A DNA stretch of 64,000 bases from an uncultured Candidatus Rokubacteria bacterium (GCA_963758635.1 CAVWWD010000006.1:352001-416000); one strand, 5' to 3'; numbered from the stretch's first letter, positions 1 through 10,776 are shown. A program made the numbers and translations. Notes: generated by a model from the letters alone, not told the origin.

Positions 1-189
1 CTCGAGCACGAGCTTGATGCGCTCGAGCACGTTGCGCGTCTGCTCGCGGATGTCGTGGCCGACCTCCCCGGTGACGGGATGCCGGCCCGTCTGCCCGGCC
101 ACGAACACCAGGTTGCCGAAGCGCGTGGCCGCGGAGAGGTTCGGGTTCGACGCCGCCATCTGGACCTGGATGATCTCCTTCTTCGGCAT
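1..189 (-). CDS. RidA/YjgF family protein (partial, runs off window start)
   Basis: Manual translation MPKKEIIQVQMAASNPNLSAATRFGNLVFVAGQTG...DIREQTRNVLERIKLVLE; Rid-family motifs; not in ORF track. Confidence 0.85.
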   Translation of the reverse strand, partial: MPKKEIIQVQMAASNPNLSAATRFGNLVFVAGQTGRHPVTGEVGHDIREQTRNVLERIKLVLE

Positions 190-206
190 CGCCGTCCCCT
201 CCCGCC

Positions 207-998
207 TCAGCGGCCCTCGAAATTCGGCAGCCGGCGCTCGCCCCAGGCCTTCACGCCTTCCTTGAAGTCCAACGTCTTGCGCGTCCACTCCTGCTCGGTC
301 AGCTCGCGCTCGGTGGCCCGCTCGGCGCCGTCGGCGAACCCGCGCCGCACGCTCTCGCGCGTGGCCTGCACGGCGAGCGGGGCGGACTGCGCGATCTCCG
401 TGGCGAGCGCGGTGGCGGCGGCGCGCACCTCGGCGAGCGGCACGAGCACGTCGGCCATGCCCATGGCCACCGCCTCGTCACCGGTCACGCGGCGGCCGGT
501 ATAGAAGAGGAGGTTGGCCTTCTGCTGCCCGACCAGCCGCGGCAGCGTGTAGGTCAGGCTGAAGCCGGGGTGGAAGCCGAGGCGGTTGAAGTTGGCGGAG
601 AAGCGCGCCTCGCTGCACGTCACGCGGAAGTCGGTGGCCAGCGCGAGGCCGAGGCCGCCGCCGATGGCCGCCCCCTGCACCGCCGCCACGATCGGCTTCT
701 TCGTCCGGAAGATGCGCGTGGCCTCCTTGTAGAGGTGCTTGGACGCGCCGCCCTCGTTGTTCGCGCCGGTCGCCGGCCGGTTCGCGAAGTCGGCGCCGGC
801 GCAGAAGGACTTGCCCTGGGCGCACAGCACCACCGCCCGGCACGTGGGGTCGCGATCGAAGGCCTCCAGGGCGTCGGCGATCTGGTTGATGAGGGCGTTG
901 TCGAAGTAGTTGTGGGGCGGCCGCTGGATCTCGATCTGGCCGACGTGCCCCTCGATGGTCACGCCAACGTCCTTGTAGGTGGCGGCTGTCACGGTCAT
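207..998 (-). CDS. Enoyl-CoA hydratase/isomerase family protein
   Basis: Crotonase motifs FCAGADF, AAVQGAAIGGGLGLAL; start MTVTAATY after GGAGGA RBS. Confidence 0.92.
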   Translation of the reverse strand: MTVTAATYKDVGVTIEGHVGQIEIQRPPHNYFDNALINQIADALEAFDRDPTCRAVVLCAQGKSFCAGADFANRPATGANNEGGASKHLYKEATRIFRTKKPIVAAVQGAAIGGGLGLALATDFRVTCSEARFSANFNRLGFHPGFSLTYTLPRLVGQQKANLLFYTGRRVTGDEAVAMGMADVLVPLAEVRAAATALATEIAQSAPLAVQATRESVRRGFADGAERATERELTEQEWTRKTLDFKEGVKAWGERRLPNFEGR

Positions 999-1449
999 CT
1001 CGTCCTCCCGTCTTGGAGTGGGCGCGCCGGGTCGGCCCCGACGGCATGGGTCCGCATTGTCCCCGGTGCCGCGGACCCACGTCAACCGACGACGGAGTGC
1101 CCCGTGGACCCCTGACGACTCACGACCACCCGTCGATGTGCGGATCGATACCCAGGGTCCGCGACAACATGATCGTGCCGGCGGCGCCTACAAATGTGCA
1201 TGCCTGGGAGTTTTGGGTATGCCCGGCGGGGTAGGACGAAGCGACCCCATGTCCGTGATGGTTCATCTCGACCGTGTGCGGTCGGGCCGGCTCGTCGGTT
1301 TTCTTTCCAGGTTCGGCTGGCGAAGCGTGTCGACCGTGTCCGGCCTGACCAAAAACGTCACGGTGTCGGGGTGGTATACAAGCTGCTTTCCAAGTCAGGG
1401 TCGGCAGCCTCACGGGCGGCAGTATCCGACGGGGTCGCCACGGCGACAA

Positions 1450-1902
1450 ATGATGCCCTTACGCGGCGTTCGCATCCTGGTGGTCGACGACAGCGGTGAA
1501 ACGCGCGAGCTGACACGGACGCTGCTCGAGCAGCGTGGCGCACAGGTTCGGGTCGCCGAAGACGGGGCGGCGGCCCTGCTGGCCATGGACCAGGCGTGTC
1601 CGGACCTGATCCTGTGCGACCTCATGATGCCCCTGATGGACGGCTGGGAGTTCGCGCTCCGGGTCCGTTCGAGGGCCGACGGCGACCACGCCCGGCTCGT
1701 CGCCTTCAGCGGGCTCACCGACACGACGTCCCTGCTCCGCGCCTGGGCCGTCGGCTTCGACGCGTTCCTGGAAAAGCCGCTCGACCTGGCGAAGCTCGAG
1801 GCGGTCGCCGAGCGCTTCCTGGTCGGGCCCCGGCGCGACCGCCGTCCACGGAAGGCCGATCCGCGCGTCCTCCCGCCGCCCCGTCGCCACTCCACGCGCT
1901 AG
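1450..1902 (+). CDS. Stand-alone response regulator receiver protein
   Basis: ILVVDD...DLILCDLMMPLMDGWE...FLEKP receiver motifs. Confidence 0.88.
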   Translation: MMPLRGVRILVVDDSGETRELTRTLLEQRGAQVRVAEDGAAALLAMDQACPDLILCDLMMPLMDGWEFALRVRSRADGDHARLVAFSGLTDTTSLLRAWAVGFDAFLEKPLDLAKLEAVAERFLVGPRRDRRPRKADPRVLPPPRRHSTR

Positions 1903-1971
1903 GCAAGCCGTGGAGCGTGGTGGCACACTACCCACCGCGGTCGCACGACCAGCCCCATCCGGAGAGTCCCC

Positions 1972-3681
1972 ATGCCGCTACAGCCACAAGTGACAGGCGC
2001 GCGCCACATGATCGTGTCCGGCCACTGGCTCGCCACCCAGGCCGGGCACGCGATCCTCGAGGCCGGCGGCAACGCGGTGGACGCCGCGGTGGCCGCGGGC
2101 ATCGCGCTGGGCGTGCTGCACTCGGACCAGGTGAACGTCGCCGGCGTCGCGCCGATGATCGTCTACCTCGCCGACCGCGACGAGGCGGTCACCATCGCCG
2201 GGCTCGGCGCGTGGCCGCGCGCCGCGCGCCTCGAGACCTTCACCGGCGAGCACGGCGGCACGATCCCGCTGGGCCTGCTGCGCACCGTGGTGCCCGCCGC
2301 GCCCGACGCGTGGATCCTCGCGCTCGAGCGCTACGGCACGATCGGCTTCGGCGACGCCGCCGCCGCGGCCATCCGCTACGCGCGCGAGGGGTTCACGATG
2401 CATCCGGTGATGGCCGAGTACATCCGGCGCAACGAGGACACGTACCGCCGGTGGCCGCAGAACGCCGCCATCTATCTCCCGCGCGGGCGCCCCCCGCAGG
2501 AGGGCGAGCTGTTCGTGCAGGCCGACCTCGCCGCGTCGCTCCAGCACATGGCCGACGAGGAGCGCGCGGCCGCGCGCCACGGCCGCGCCGCCGGGCTCGC
2601 CGCGGCGCGCGCCGCCTTCTACCGGGGCGACCTCGCGCAGAAGATGATCCGCTACCACCGGGACAACGGCGGCCTCCTCACCGCCGAGGACCTCGCCGGC
2701 CACCGCGCCGAGATCGAGGCGCCGCTGCGCTACACGTTCCGCGGCATCGAGGTCCTCTCGTGCGGGCCGTGGTGCCAGGGCCCGGTGCTGCTCCAGATGC
2801 TCGCGCTCCTCGAGGCCGACGACCTCGCCGCCCTCGGCCACAACACGCCGGCTTACGTCCACCGTGTCGCCGAGGCGATGAAGCTCTGCTTCGCCGACCG
2901 CGACCGGTACTACGGCGACCCGCGGTTCGTTCCGGTGCCGATCGAGACGCTGCTGTCGCCCGCCTACGCGGCGATGCGGCGCGGCCTCATCAGGGACGAC
3001 CGGGCGTTCCCCGGCATGCCGCCGCCCGGCGACGTGGCGGGCGGCGCCCCCGCGCCCGACCTGCCCCGCCCGAGCGCGGCGCCCGCGACGCTGCCCGGCG
3101 ACACGTCCTACGTCTGCGCGGTGGACCGTCACGGCAACGTGTGCTCGGCCACGCCGAGCGACGTGTCGTGGGATAGCCCGGTCATCCCGGGCACGGGCTT
3201 CGTGCCGTCCGCGCGCGGATCGCAGTCGTGGGCCGTCGCGGGCCACGCCGCGGCGCTCGGGCCGGGCAAGCGCCCGCGCCTCACGCCCAACCCCGCGCTC
3301 GCTCTCGTCCGCGGCCGGTTCGTGATGCCGTTCGGCGCGCCCGGCGGCGACCTCCAGGCCCAGGGCATGCTCCAGGTGTTCCTCAATCACGTCGTGTTCG
3401 GGATGCCGATCCAGGACGCGGTCGAGGCGCCGCGCTTCGTCACCCACAGCTTCCCGGGCAGCTTCGAGCCGCACCCGTACTATCCGCGCCGGCTCGACGT
3501 CGAGCGCGGTGTGGGCGCGGCCGCCGGCGAGGCGCTCGCCGCCCTCGGCCACGAGGTGCGGTGGCTGCCCGAGCTGTCGCTCGGGACGGCGGGCGTCTGC
3601 GCCATCGTGGCGGATCGCGCGCGCGGCATCCTGTGGGGCGGCGCGGATCCGCGGCGCGCCGCGCGGGCCATGGGCTGGTAA
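1972..3681 (+). CDS. Gamma-glutamyltransferase family protein
   Basis: AGGNAVDAAVA, DTSYVCAVD nucleophile Thr, PGKRPRLT, GGADPRR. Confidence 0.93.
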   Translation: MPLQPQVTGARHMIVSGHWLATQAGHAILEAGGNAVDAAVAAGIALGVLHSDQVNVAGVAPMIVYLADRDEAVTIAGLGAWPRAARLETFTGEHGGTIPLGLLRTVVPAAPDAWILALERYGTIGFGDAAAAAIRYAREGFTMHPVMAEYIRRNEDTYRRWPQNAAIYLPRGRPPQEGELFVQADLAASLQHMADEERAAARHGRAAGLAAARAAFYRGDLAQKMIRYHRDNGGLLTAEDLAGHRAEIEAPLRYTFRGIEVLSCGPWCQGPVLLQMLALLEADDLAALGHNTPAYVHRVAEAMKLCFADRDRYYGDPRFVPVPIETLLSPAYAAMRRGLIRDDRAFPGMPPPGDVAGGAPAPDLPRPSAAPATLPGDTSYVCAVDRHGNVCSATPSDVSWDSPVIPGTGFVPSARGSQSWAVAGHAAALGPGKRPRLTPNPALALVRGRFVMPFGAPGGDLQAQGMLQVFLNHVVFGMPIQDAVEAPRFVTHSFPGSFEPHPYYPRRLDVERGVGAAAGEALAALGHEVRWLPELSLGTAGVCAIVADRARGILWGGADPRRAARAMGW

Positions 3682-3690
3682 ACTCGGCCC

Positions 3691-4326
3691 GTGCCCGACC
3701 ACACCACGCTCGTCCTCCTGATCCGCCACGGCCTCACGCCCACCACCGGCGTGAAGCTCCCCGGCCGCTCGCGCGGCCTCCACCTCTCCGACGACGGCAA
3801 GCGCCAGGCCGACGGCCTCGTGAAGCGCCTGGCCGCGGTGACGAAGCTCGGCGCCATCTACGCCTCGCCGCTGGAGCGCGCGCGCGAGACGGCGGCGCCG
3901 CTCGCGCGCGAGCGCGGCCGCGCCGTCCGCGTGGAGCCGGGCCTGGTCGAGCTCGACGTGGGCGACTGGACGGGGCTCTCGCTCAAGCAGGCGAGCCACA
4001 AGCCGGAGTGGGCGGCCGTCCAGCGGCACCCGAGCGGCTTCCGCTTCCCCGGCGGGGAGTCGTTCGTGGAGATGCAGAGCCGCATCACGGGCGCCCTCGG
4101 CCGCCTCGTCGCGCGCCATCGCGGCGAGGTCCTGGTCGCCGTGTCCCACGCCGACCCCATCAAGGCCGCGGTGGCCCACGCCCTCGGCACGCCGCTCGAC
4201 CTGTTCCAGCGGATCTTCATCGCGCCCGCGTCGGTGAGCGCGATCAGCTACCGGCGGGACGGCGTGGGCGTGCTCACCGTGAACTCCGTCGACGGCGACC
4301 TCGCCGGGCTGCTGGGGGGCCGATGA
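3691..4326 (+). CDS. Histidine phosphatase, MSMEG_4193-family putative phosphomutase
   Basis: LLIRHG, YASPLERARETA, VSHADPIK; adjacent to DUF3090 and SCO1664-like genes. Confidence 0.88.
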   Translation: MPDHTTLVLLIRHGLTPTTGVKLPGRSRGLHLSDDGKRQADGLVKRLAAVTKLGAIYASPLERARETAAPLARERGRAVRVEPGLVELDVGDWTGLSLKQASHKPEWAAVQRHPSGFRFPGGESFVEMQSRITGALGRLVARHRGEVLVAVSHADPIKAAVAHALGTPLDLFQRIFIAPASVSAISYRRDGVGVLTVNSVDGDLAGLLGGR

Positions 4327-4829
4327 GCCCGAGCCGCTCCTTCGAGCTGGACGCCCCCGAGCACTTCACCGCCGGCGCGGTCGGGCCGGCCGGCGAGCGC
4401 GTCTTCTATCTCCAGGCGCGCGAGTCCTCCACGATCGTCACCCTGCGCACGGAGAAGGAGCAGGTGCGGGCCCTCGCCGAGTACCTCGGACGCCTGCTCG
4501 CGCGCACGACGACCGCGCGCGACGATCGCCCCTCCGATCTCGACCTGATCGAGCCGCTCGACGCGGCGTGGGCGGTGGCGTCGATCGGGCTCGGCTACGA
4601 CGAGGCGAGCGACCGCATCGTGGTGGAGGTCAGCGAGTTCGTGGAGGAGGAAGGCGACGAGCCGGCCACCGCCCGCTTCCGCATCACCACCGGCCAGGCC
4701 GCGGCCTTCGTGGACCGCGCCACGCAGCTCATGAAGGCGGGCCGCCCGATCTGTCCCATCTGCAGCCAGCCCATGAACCCGGACGGCCACGTGTGCCCCC
4801 GGTCGAACGGGCACGTCGTCCGGTCCTGA
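4323..4829 (+). CDS. DUF3090 family protein
   Basis: FTAGAVGPAGERVFYLQAR...EKEQV; C-terminal GRPICPIC...GHVCPRSNG; ATGA overlap with upstream gene. Confidence 0.88.
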   Translation: MSPSRSFELDAPEHFTAGAVGPAGERVFYLQARESSTIVTLRTEKEQVRALAEYLGRLLARTTTARDDRPSDLDLIEPLDAAWAVASIGLGYDEASDRIVVEVSEFVEEEGDEPATARFRITTGQAAAFVDRATQLMKAGRPICPICSQPMNPDGHVCPRSNGHVVRS

Positions 4830-4840
4830 TCCCGGCCCGA

Positions 4841-4999
4841 TGACCCTCGCAGAATACGGTCACCGACACGGGCTCTACAGTCCCACCGCGCGGCATTAGT
4901 CTGATGCGCGAGGCTCACTAATGGTCCTCGCAGAATACGGTCACCGCCACGGGCCTCTACAATCCCACCGCTCGGATTTAGTCTGATGCGCGGGGCTCG
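4841..4999. repeat. Repeat family A, two tandem ~77-bp copies (4841-4917, 4922-4999)
   Basis: Both read CCTCGCAGAATACGGTCACCG..TCTACA.TCCCACCGC..AGTCTGATGCGCG.GGCTC; imperfect terminal inverted repeats; separated by CTAA. Confidence 0.9.
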
Positions 5000-5003
5000 A
5001 TAG

Positions 5004-5726
5004 ATGGAGCCCGGCGAAGCGGCGCCCGCGGGTCCGTCGGTCCACGATCTCCTGACGCGTGGGGAGATCACCGTCAAGGGCCGGATGCCGTGGGCGAGCA
5101 ACGCCACGTTCCTCGTGGAGGTCGCCCTCGACGGCGCCACCGGCCTGGCCGTGTACAAGCCGGGGCGGGGTGAGCGCCCGCTCTGGGACTTTCCGCCCGA
5201 GCTCTTCCGGCGCGAGATCGCCGCGTACCGGTTCTCCGAGGCGCTCGGCTGGGGCGTCGTCCCCCTCACGGTGCCGCGCGAGGGCCCGTACGGGGCGGGC
5301 TCGCTCCAGCGGTTCGTGGACGCGGACTTCGAGCAGCACTACTTCACGATGCTCGAACGCGCGGAGCTGCGGGACCGGCTCCAGCGCATCTGCCTCTTCG
5401 ACCTCGCCTCCAACAACGCGGACCGCAAGAGCGGCCATTGCCTGCTCGGGCCAGACGGCGACGTGTACGCCATCGACAACGGCCTCACCTTCCACGTGGA
5501 GCCCAAGCTCCGCACGGTGATCTGGGACTTCGCCGGCGAGGCCATTCCCGCCGCGCCCATCGAGGATCTCGCGCGGCTCTGCGCGGCCGGCCTGCCCGCC
5601 GACCTCGGCGAGCTGCTCGAGCCCGGCGAGCAGAAGGCGCTGATGCGCCGCATCGGCGGCCTCGTGCGCGAGCGGCGCTTTCCGAAGGACCGGAGCGGCG
5701 CCCGCTATCCCTGGCCGCTGGTGTAG
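5004..5726 (+). CDS. SCO1664 family protein (phosphatidylinositol kinase-like)
   Basis: SNATFL, VYKPGRGERPLWDF, NNADRKSGH, IDNGLTFH, KLRTVIWDF. Confidence 0.9.
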   Translation: MEPGEAAPAGPSVHDLLTRGEITVKGRMPWASNATFLVEVALDGATGLAVYKPGRGERPLWDFPPELFRREIAAYRFSEALGWGVVPLTVPREGPYGAGSLQRFVDADFEQHYFTMLERAELRDRLQRICLFDLASNNADRKSGHCLLGPDGDVYAIDNGLTFHVEPKLRTVIWDFAGEAIPAAPIEDLARLCAAGLPADLGELLEPGEQKALMRRIGGLVRERRFPKDRSGARYPWPLV

Positions 5727-5741
5727 GACGCGCGGTCGAGC

Positions 5742-6294
5742 GTGAGCGGCGACGAGCGCGAGTACCCGGGCGCGGACATGGAGGGATTCGTCCGCGAGGC
5801 GATGGAGTTCGTCGGGCTCGACGAGGCCGATCTCGCCCGCATCCGCGAGACCGCGCCGATCGTCCTGGCCCAGGAGACCGCCCTCACGAGCGCCATCTAC
5901 GACCACTTCCTGCGCTTCCCCGCCACCGCGCGCTTCTTCCTCGGCCCCGACGGCGCGCCGGACACCGCACGGCTCGAGCGCCGCAAGCACAGCCTCGGGC
6001 GATGGCTGCGCGAGACGGCGGAGGCCGCCCTGACCCACGACTTCTCGTACTACCTGCTCGCGGTGGCCCTCGCCCACAGCCATCGGGCGCACGGGCCGGG
6101 CGGCCGCGTGCCCGCGCGCTTCATGGTGAGCACGATGAGCCTGACGCAGACGGCGCTGGCGCGCGTGCTCGAGGCGGGGCTCGGCCGATCCGCGCGCGGC
6201 GTTCGAGGCCGCGCTCGCGTGGAACAAGCTGCTGCTCGTCCACCTGAACGTCCTGCTCGTCGGCTACCTGCTCCCGCCCGCGCCGCCGCGATGA
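5742..6294 (+). CDS. Protoglobin/sensor globin domain protein (frameshift near 6180)
   Basis: FVGLDEAD..IYDHFLRFP..VALAH..; C-terminal ALAWNKLLLVHL continues in a second frame to TGA 6292-6294. Confidence 0.75.
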
Positions 6295-6360
6295 TGCCCT
6301 GGCGCCGAAGTCGCGGTGTCCCCTTGATGGCCGGGAGGGCGAGCGGTACCATCGCGCCAC

Positions 6361-7448
6361 ATGCCCATCGAGATCGTCGGGATGATCGGAGTGAAGCCCG
6401 AGGGGGCGGACGGCGCGGCCGTGCACGTGATCGGCGGCGAGATCGACCTCGCGTGGGTGCGCGACTTCTCGATCGCCCACGAGCGCGCCGACTTCGACAA
6501 GGTGCTGGTCGGCTACACGTCGACCTCCGCCGAGGGCTTCGTGGTGGCCGGCTACGCCGCGTCGCGGACGGAGCGCCTCGGCTACCTCATCGCCCACCGG
6601 CCCGGCTTCGTGGCTCCGACGCTCGCCGCCCGCAGCGCGGCGTCGCTCGATCACGTCACGGGCGGGCGCGTATCGCTCCACATCATCACCGGCGGCAGCG
6701 ACGCGGAGCAGGCGCGCGACGGCGACTGGCTCGATCACGACACGCGCTACCGCCGCACCGACGAGTACCTCGCGGTGCTGCGCCGCATGTGGACGGAGGA
6801 CCGTCCGTTCGACCACGCGGGCGAGTTCTATCGCGTCGCCCGCGCGTTCTCCGAGGTGAAGCCGGCGCAGCGGCCGCACATCCCGCTCTACTTCGGCGGC
6901 GCGTCGGCGGCGGCCCACGCGATCGGCGCGCGGCACGCCGACGTGTACATGCTCTGGGGCGAGCCGCTCGCCGCCATCCGCCAGCGCATCGCGGAGGTGC
7001 GCGCCGTCGCGCGGCCGCTGGGCCGCGAGCCGCGGTTTTCCGTGTCGCTCCGGCCGATCATCGCGGACACGGAGGGCGCGGCGTGGGATCGGGCGCGCGC
7101 CATCCTCGCCGGGGTGCGGGCCCGCCAGGGCGAGCGCGCGGCGCCCGCTCCCGAGGCGGTGGGCGCGCAGCGTCTCGTGGAGTTCGCGCGGCAGGCCGAG
7201 GTGCACGACAAGCGGCTCTGGACCGCCATCGCCGGCGCCGCCGGCGGTCAGGGCAACACCACCGCGCTGGTCGGCACGCCCGAGCAGGTCGCGGAGTCGC
7301 TCCTCGACTACCACGACCTCGGCGTGACCACGCTCCTGATCCGCGGGTTCGACCCGCTGGCCGACGCCGTGGACTACGGGCGCGAGCTGATCCCGCGCGT
7401 GCGCGCCGAGGTCGGCCGCGCCGCGACCGCAACCGTCCCGCGGCCTGA
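6361..7448 (+). CDS. LLM-class flavin-dependent monooxygenase (alkanesulfonate monooxygenase-like)
   Basis: LIAHRPGFVAP, YFGGAS, GNTTALVGTPEQVA, LLIRGFDP; true stop probably TGA near 7448 (late frameshift). Confidence 0.88.
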
Positions 7449-7456
7449 GCATCCGC

Positions 7457-8029
7457 ATGGCCGATCTCGTCGCCGTGGTGGGCAGCGTCACGCCGCCGGG
7501 CCGGCTGCGCCAGGCGATGGGCCACCTCGTCGAGGTGGCGGCGGCGCGGCCCGGGGCCACCGCGCGGCTTCTCGACCTGGCCGACCACCGTCTCTCGTTC
7601 GCCGACGGCCGTCCGCTCGAGGCGCTTCACGACGACAGCGCGCTCGTGGTGGAAGCGCTCGCGCGCGCCGACGCGGTAGTCCTGGCGAGCCCGGTGTACC
7701 GAGGCTCCTTCACCGGCGCGCTCAAGAACCTGCTGGACCTGGCGCCGGTGGACGCGCTCCGCGGCAAGCCCGTGGGGATCGTGGCGATGGGCGCCACGCT
7801 CCACCACTACCTCGGCGTGGACGGGCAGCTGCGCCAGGTGCTCGCCTGGTTCGGCGCGCTCGTCGCGCCCACGAGCGTCTACCTCGAGTCCGCCCACTTC
7901 GCGGAGGGCCGGCTCGCCGATCCGTCCGCGCACGCCGCCATCGAGGCCCTCGTCGCCACGCTCTTCGAGCTGACGGGCCACGCGGGGGCGAAGCTGGGGC
8001 CGCCGCCCCTCGCGTCGGGCCGCGGCTGA
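7457..8029 (+). CDS. NAD(P)H-dependent FMN reductase (SsuE-like)
   Basis: LASPVYRGSFTGALKNLLD flavodoxin-fold motif; follows LLM gene. Confidence 0.9.
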   Translation: MADLVAVVGSVTPPGRLRQAMGHLVEVAAARPGATARLLDLADHRLSFADGRPLEALHDDSALVVEALARADAVVLASPVYRGSFTGALKNLLDLAPVDALRGKPVGIVAMGATLHHYLGVDGQLRQVLAWFGALVAPTSVYLESAHFAEGRLADPSAHAAIEALVATLFELTGHAGAKLGPPPLASGRG

Positions 8030-8049
8030 GCCCGGCCGCTCGCTCCGCA

Positions 8050-8141
8050 GTTGTGAAGGAATGCTGATTTCGACTTCGCCGGGCGGGTCAACACCGCGAT
8101 GCTGCGTACACACGCAGGGCCGTCTCGGCACTCATTCACAA
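8050..8141. repeat. Repeat family B copy 1 (~90 bp)
   Basis: GTTGTGAAGGAATGC..GCGGG.CAACACCGCGAT.CTGCGTAC..CATTCACAA; TTGTGAA/TTCACAA inverted ends; similar to 14572 and 63937. Confidence 0.85.
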
Positions 8142-8158
8142 TCCCGCAGCATCGTCCC

Positions 8159-9364
8159 GTGACCTTCCCGCCCGGCCTCCGGGCGCTGAACCACGCCGAG
8201 TTCCGGCGCTTCTACGCGAGCCAGCTCGTCGCGCAGATCGGGGGCTGGGTGCAGACGGTGGCGCAGTCCTGGCTGGTGCTGTCGCTCACCGGCTCCCCGC
8301 TGCGCCTCGGCCTGATCGGCACGCTCCAGTTCGCGCCGGTGCTGTTCCTGTCCATCCCCGCCGGCGCCATCGTGGACCGGCTGCCGAAGCGGCGCGTGCT
8401 CCTCGTCACCCAGGCCACCTACGCCACCCAGGCCGTCGGCCTCTGCGTGCTGGTGGCGACCGGCGTGGTCGAGTACTGGCACGTGTGCGCCCTCGGCCTC
8501 GTGGTCGGCATCACCAGCGCGTTCGACCAGCCCGCGCGCCAGGCCTTCGTCCTCGACCTGGTCGGCCGCGACGACCTCGGCAACGCCGTGGCCCTCAACT
8601 CCGCCGCCTTCAACGCCGCGCGCATCGTGGGTCCGGCGGCGGCCGGCCTCCTGATCGGCCGCTTCGGCCTCGCGCCCGCGTTCGCGGTGAACGCGGTGGG
8701 CTTCGCCGCCGTCATCGGCGCGCTGCTCGTCCTGCGCGACACGAGCCGCCCCGTGCCGCGCGGGAGCGCGAGCATCGTGGAGGAGATCGCCGAGGGGCTC
8801 GTCTACGCGGCCCGGACGCCGCTCGTGGTGCTGGTGCTGTCCCTCGTCACGGTGGTGAGCCTCTTCGTCTTCAACTTCACCGTGTACGTGCCACTCCTCG
8901 CGCGGACCGTGCTCGGGCTGGGCGCGGAGGGCTTCGGCTTCCTCATGGCGTGGCTCGGCGTGGGCGCGGTGACGGGCGCCTTCACGGTGGGCGCGGCGCG
9001 CCCGCTCCCGCCCGCCGCCCTCTTCACCGCCGCGGCAGTGGCGCTGGGCGCCCTCGTCGGCCTGTCGGCGGCGCGGCACTTCTGGGTGGCCGCGCCGCTC
9101 CTCGCCGTCACCGGGTTCGCCGGCATCATCCTGATGGCGGGGTGCAACACGCGGCTGCAGCTCGAGGCGCCGCCGGCCTTGAGGGCGCGGCTGATGGGCA
9201 TCTACGTCCTGTTCACGGGCGGCGTGTTCCCCATCGGCGCCTTCCTGGTCGGCGCCGTGTCGGAGCGCTGGGGCGTCTCCACCGCCTTCCTCGCGAACGG
9301 CGCCGCCGGCCTCGTGGCCCTCGGCGCCATCCGCCTCTGGTGGCGGCGCCACCGTCGCCCGTGA
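8159..9364 (+). CDS. MFS transporter
   Basis: GAIVDRLPKRR motif A, FDQPARQAF, AVALNSAAFNAARIVGPA; about 12 hydrophobic segments. Confidence 0.92.
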   Translation: MTFPPGLRALNHAEFRRFYASQLVAQIGGWVQTVAQSWLVLSLTGSPLRLGLIGTLQFAPVLFLSIPAGAIVDRLPKRRVLLVTQATYATQAVGLCVLVATGVVEYWHVCALGLVVGITSAFDQPARQAFVLDLVGRDDLGNAVALNSAAFNAARIVGPAAAGLLIGRFGLAPAFAVNAVGFAAVIGALLVLRDTSRPVPRGSASIVEEIAEGLVYAARTPLVVLVLSLVTVVSLFVFNFTVYVPLLARTVLGLGAEGFGFLMAWLGVGAVTGAFTVGAARPLPPAALFTAAAVALGALVGLSAARHFWVAAPLLAVTGFAGIILMAGCNTRLQLEAPPALRARLMGIYVLFTGGVFPIGAFLVGAVSERWGVSTAFLANGAAGLVALGAIRLWWRRHRRP

Positions 9365-9579
9365 ACGTCGTGCCTCGCCGCTGGCCCGCCACGGCTCTCG
9401 GCCGGCGGGCGCTGAACCTCCTTTCGCCGGTTGACAGCGGGGGCGCGGGTCCCTAGCATCCCGCTCAGGCCGGCCGGGAGTGGCCGCGCGCGCCGCCGCG
9501 GCTCCTGTGCGCTGGAGGGCGCCGGCTCTCGATCGCGTCGACGTTGGCTATGCCCATCACCATTTGAGGAGGAGCGTTC

Positions 9580-10690
9580 ATGCACATCACCGCGTTCACG
9601 AGAGCCGTTCTGGTCGCGGCGGCCGCCACCGTGGCGTTCGCCGGCCCGGCGCTCGCCCAGCAGCAGCCGCGGGTGCTCAAGATGCAGTCGGCGGTTCCGC
9701 CGTCGTCGACGACGCAGGACGCCTTCAGGTTCTTCGCCGACCGGGTCGACAAGCTGACCGGCGGCCAGCTCAAGATCGACGCCTTGCCGGGTGGGGCGAT
9801 CGTGCCGCCCTTCGAGATCCTCGACGCGACCCACAAGAAGGTGATCGACGGGGCCTATGGCATCTCCTACTGGTGGTTCGGCAAGAACAAGGCGGCGACG
9901 CTGTTCGCCAACACGCCGGCCGGCATCGCCGGCATGGATGCCATCGACTTCATCGGCTGGCTCTACGACGGCGGCGGCATCGAGCTCTGGAACGAGTTCT
10001 ATCAGAAGGAGCTCAAGATGAACCTGGTCGCGATGCCGAGCATCCCGCCGAGCCCGCAGGCGCTCGGCTGGTTCAAGCGTCCGATCAAGGACCTCGCCGA
10101 CTTCCAGGGCATGAAGTGCCGCCAGACCGGCATCGTGGCCGAGCTCTACTCGAAGATGGGCATGGCCGTGGTCAACCTGCCGGGCGGCGAGATCCTGCCC
10201 GCCGCCGAGCGCGGCACCATCGACTGCGCCGAATGGGTCGGCGGCGTCGAGGACCTTCGCCTCGGCCTGCACACGGTGTGGAAGTACCACTACACGCCGG
10301 GCATGCACGAGAGCGCCTCGGTGGCCGAGCTCGCCATCAACAAGGACGTTCTGGGACAGCCTGACGGCCCAGCAGCGGGAGGCGATCCGGTCGGCCTCGG
10401 CGGAGACGTTCCTGCGCTGGTGGGCGACGTGGCAGAAGATGAACGCGGAGGCCATCGCCGAGTTCGTGGAGAAGCACAACGTCAAGCTCCTCACCACGCC
10501 GCCGGAGATCAACCGAGCGTTCCTCAAGACGTGGGACGAGTTCGCCGCGGCGGAATCGGCCAAGAACCCGTTCTTCAAGAAGGTCTACGATTCGCAGCGG
10601 GCCTACGCCAAGAAGGTGGTGCCGGCCAAGCGCTTCATGTTCCCGCCCTACGCCCTCCAGGCGGACCACTACTACCCCCTCCCCAAGTAG
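9580..10690 (+). CDS. dctP: TRAP transporter substrate-binding protein DctP (frameshift near 10350)
   Basis: Signal peptide, LPGGEILPAAERGTIDCAEW, YYTPGMHE-like segment; C-terminus in ORF 10439-10690. Confidence 0.88.
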
Positions 10691-10726
10691 CCGCGCGGAT
10701 CCGGGCGGGCAGGGTCGGGACGGCGG

Positions 10727-10756
10727 GAAGGGCGGCTTCGGCCGCCCTTCTCTTTT
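10727..10756 (+). terminator. Intrinsic terminator between convergent dctP and dctM
   Basis: GAAGGGCGGC-TTCG-GCCGCCCTTC perfect 10-bp stem with UUCG loop, followed by TCTTTT. Confidence 0.85.
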
Positions 10757-10776
10757 CGTCGGGGAGGATGCGCCGC

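Noticed and set aside
4841..4999. Tandem repeat as a mini CRISPR array
   Set aside because: Units are ~77 bp with a 4-nt gap, no unique spacers and no cas genes
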